A model generated the notes under the pieces. It did not search any database. It had not been told where the DNA came from and saw only the letters and a list, made by a program, of their open reading frames with translations. DNA of 63,971 bases, the filler included, from Lenisia limosa (taxonomy: Eukaryota; Protista; Breviatea): NCBI GenBank assembly GCA_001655205.1. It is 7 parts of 7 records of this genome, joined end to end, with 100 filler letters (N's around TTAATTAATTAA, not from the genome) between each part and the next. Parts side by side here need not be neighbours in the genome. Positions count along the whole stretch, not along the records: positions 62,305 to 63,971 come from LPNZ01001204.1; 6 more parts are not named here. One strand, 5' to 3'. Positions 62,305-63,971 of the stretch are shown here, in pieces (position 1 is the stretch's first letter; each line of letters begins with the position of its first letter). A program made the position numbers and the translations under genes.

Positions 62305-62635
62305 TATTGCGACGGCCTTCCTGGAGTCGCCGTTCCAGGACAAAAGACTGCGCGTGCGTTACGCTCTCACCACCATGGGCATTTCAGTCTTCGGGTCCTT
62401 CTTGACCACTGCCGGCTCAACGTTGGTACTGACGTTCGCGACCATGCCGTTCTTCACCCGCTTTGGTGCAATCATGTTCAGCATTATTACCCTGGCTTGG
62501 GTGTTTGCCAACTTCTTCCTACCGTCACTACTGCTCTTGTTCGGCCCCTCGGGATCGAAGGGAAGCTTCAGCTGTTGCGCTGAGAAGCCGCAGGAAGAGC
62601 CCAAGGAGGTCCAACTGGAGGAGAAGTCTGTGTAG
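62305..62635 (+). CDS. Dispatched/Patched-family (RND/SSD) membrane protein, last exon
   Basis: RVRYALTTMGISVFGSFLTTAGSTLVLTFATMPFFTRFGAIMFSIITLAWVFANFFLPSLLLLFGP matches the last three TMs of Patched/Dispatched (ALxxxG..V....LTT...F..FG......LPxLLxxxGP). Confidence 0.8.
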
Positions 62636-62765
62636 TTTATGGTATTTTTTTTTTGAAAACACAATCTAATAATGTATTATCTCCAATTTACAACTGTACA
62701 GAAACATCTAACATATCCTAGCTGTCACAAAACAATAACATAAAACATTAATAACATAAATACCC

Positions 62766-63720
62766 CTACACATCCTGTGGCAGCCTGCCCTGCACCCACA
62801 AGTCCAATATGGGCTGAAGAAGCGGTCTTGCAGCACGGTCTAATAGGAGGAGCCGCTTGCTGTCGTTACCGTCAGCGTCCTTGCCTTCTTCGAGGAACTG
62901 TCGGATGGCATGCATGACCAGGCCGAGAACCTGGGCAGTTAAGGGGTATTTCGTCTTGACAGACAAGTTCACACTCATTATCGTTAAATGATTAAAGAAA
63001 AATCCACTTGCTACAAACAAGGGAGTCTGAAAGAACGCTTAAAGGCAAATTGTAATGGATGGTTCACACAAAAGGGAGTCTTTCAATTTCTCATTTCCAT
63101 ATAATCTACCAAAAATGAGAGTTCCCCCAAACCTGTTCCGCATGGATTATCTCGGTATGCGACCTGGAGGTCAGAGGCTAAACAAACAAGAGGCTAAACA
63201 ATACTCTGTGTGTACATATAAACTGCAAGTATCCCTGGAGGTTTATAGATCCGAAAAAGACTCAAACAACAGTCATCGATGTTTAGACCAGTTTCTCAGT
63301 GAATACGTGAGCCCTACGATGGACCGTCCAGCAGGTTTTTGAGTTGGCTGACTGCCAAAAGTGAGACCGGTCTGCCTCGGTGGTCGTCTTTGGAGAAGTC
63401 AATTCCTGGAGGGTGAGAAGGGAAAGGACAGAATTGGTGGGAGGGGTAGTATCAGGTCTAGGCCATCCAGGGATACTTCCAGGCAGTGAGAGTAGAGGGG
63501 ATTTGTAATGTGCAATCTCGAGAGCTATAGACCCCCCACCCCACCCAGGATTTAATTAAACCATCGAAAAATTACCCCCCACCCAGGTTGAGTAGTTCGT
63601 CCACGGCCGCGGGCTGATTGGCTCGGACGNNNNNNNNNNNNNNNNNNNNNNNNNNNNNNNNNNNNNNNNNNCAGTGCTGTGTCACCGTCACTGTCTTCTG
63701 CTTCAAGTTGGCCGCCCTGG
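62766..63720 (-). CDS. Ankyrin-repeat protein, 3' part
   Basis: LEAEDSDGDTAL; VRANQPAAVDELLNLG; GIDFSKDDHRGRPVSLLAV; EQTPLFVAS; ends LWVQGRLPQDV*. Exon structure tentative. Confidence 0.55.
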
Positions 63721-63971
63721 GCGGGTTAGTGTGTTTGTGAAAAAAGGGGGGATTGGCAATGAAATATAAAAAAGCCCTCAATCAACTTTGTTGGCAAGCA
63801 TCTCAATAATGTTAACTGGGGAGTGTATAATGCATGCGTCATGTGAACTGGGGCGTGTACGGGTCGGGTCGAGGGAGTGTGAGCGAGGGGGGAACGGGGA
63901 TCACTCGCTCTCCAACAGCTTTCAGCCACCCCCCCCCCTGTTTGTTTTGTTGCTATCAACCCTTGTGTGTT

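Overview
Intron-rich eukaryotic genomic DNA from a flagellated protist-like organism (species not determinable; the CFAP61 homolog implies motile axonemes). The window is not contiguous: six artificial linkers (about 100 bp of N containing TTAATTAATTAA) join seven unrelated segments, so adjacency across them is meaningless. Segment 1 (1-29273) is almost entirely one giant plus-strand gene, 5'-truncated, that I estimate at about 7,000 visible aa. It encodes a single-pass surface protein combining prokaryote-type adhesin modules (CARDB, cadherin-like, DNRLRE-like, TSP3, GLUG beta-helix) with eukaryotic modules (FN3, REJ, GPS with intact HL/S motif, 16 six-cysteine sushi repeats, TM). The other segments carry CFAP61 (3' part), Yos1/IER3IP1, an unknown secreted protein, histidine ammonia-lyase (5' part), RasGAP, RhoGAP, PPP4R2, TRMT2A, unknown genes, a Dispatched/Patched-like 3' end and an ankyrin-repeat gene. 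Introns hold about 16 copies of a ~96-bp TA-flanked MITE, two other short dispersed repeats, and an 85-bp foldback that covers a splice donor. All domain calls are by motif recognition from reading the sequence; no database searches were run.
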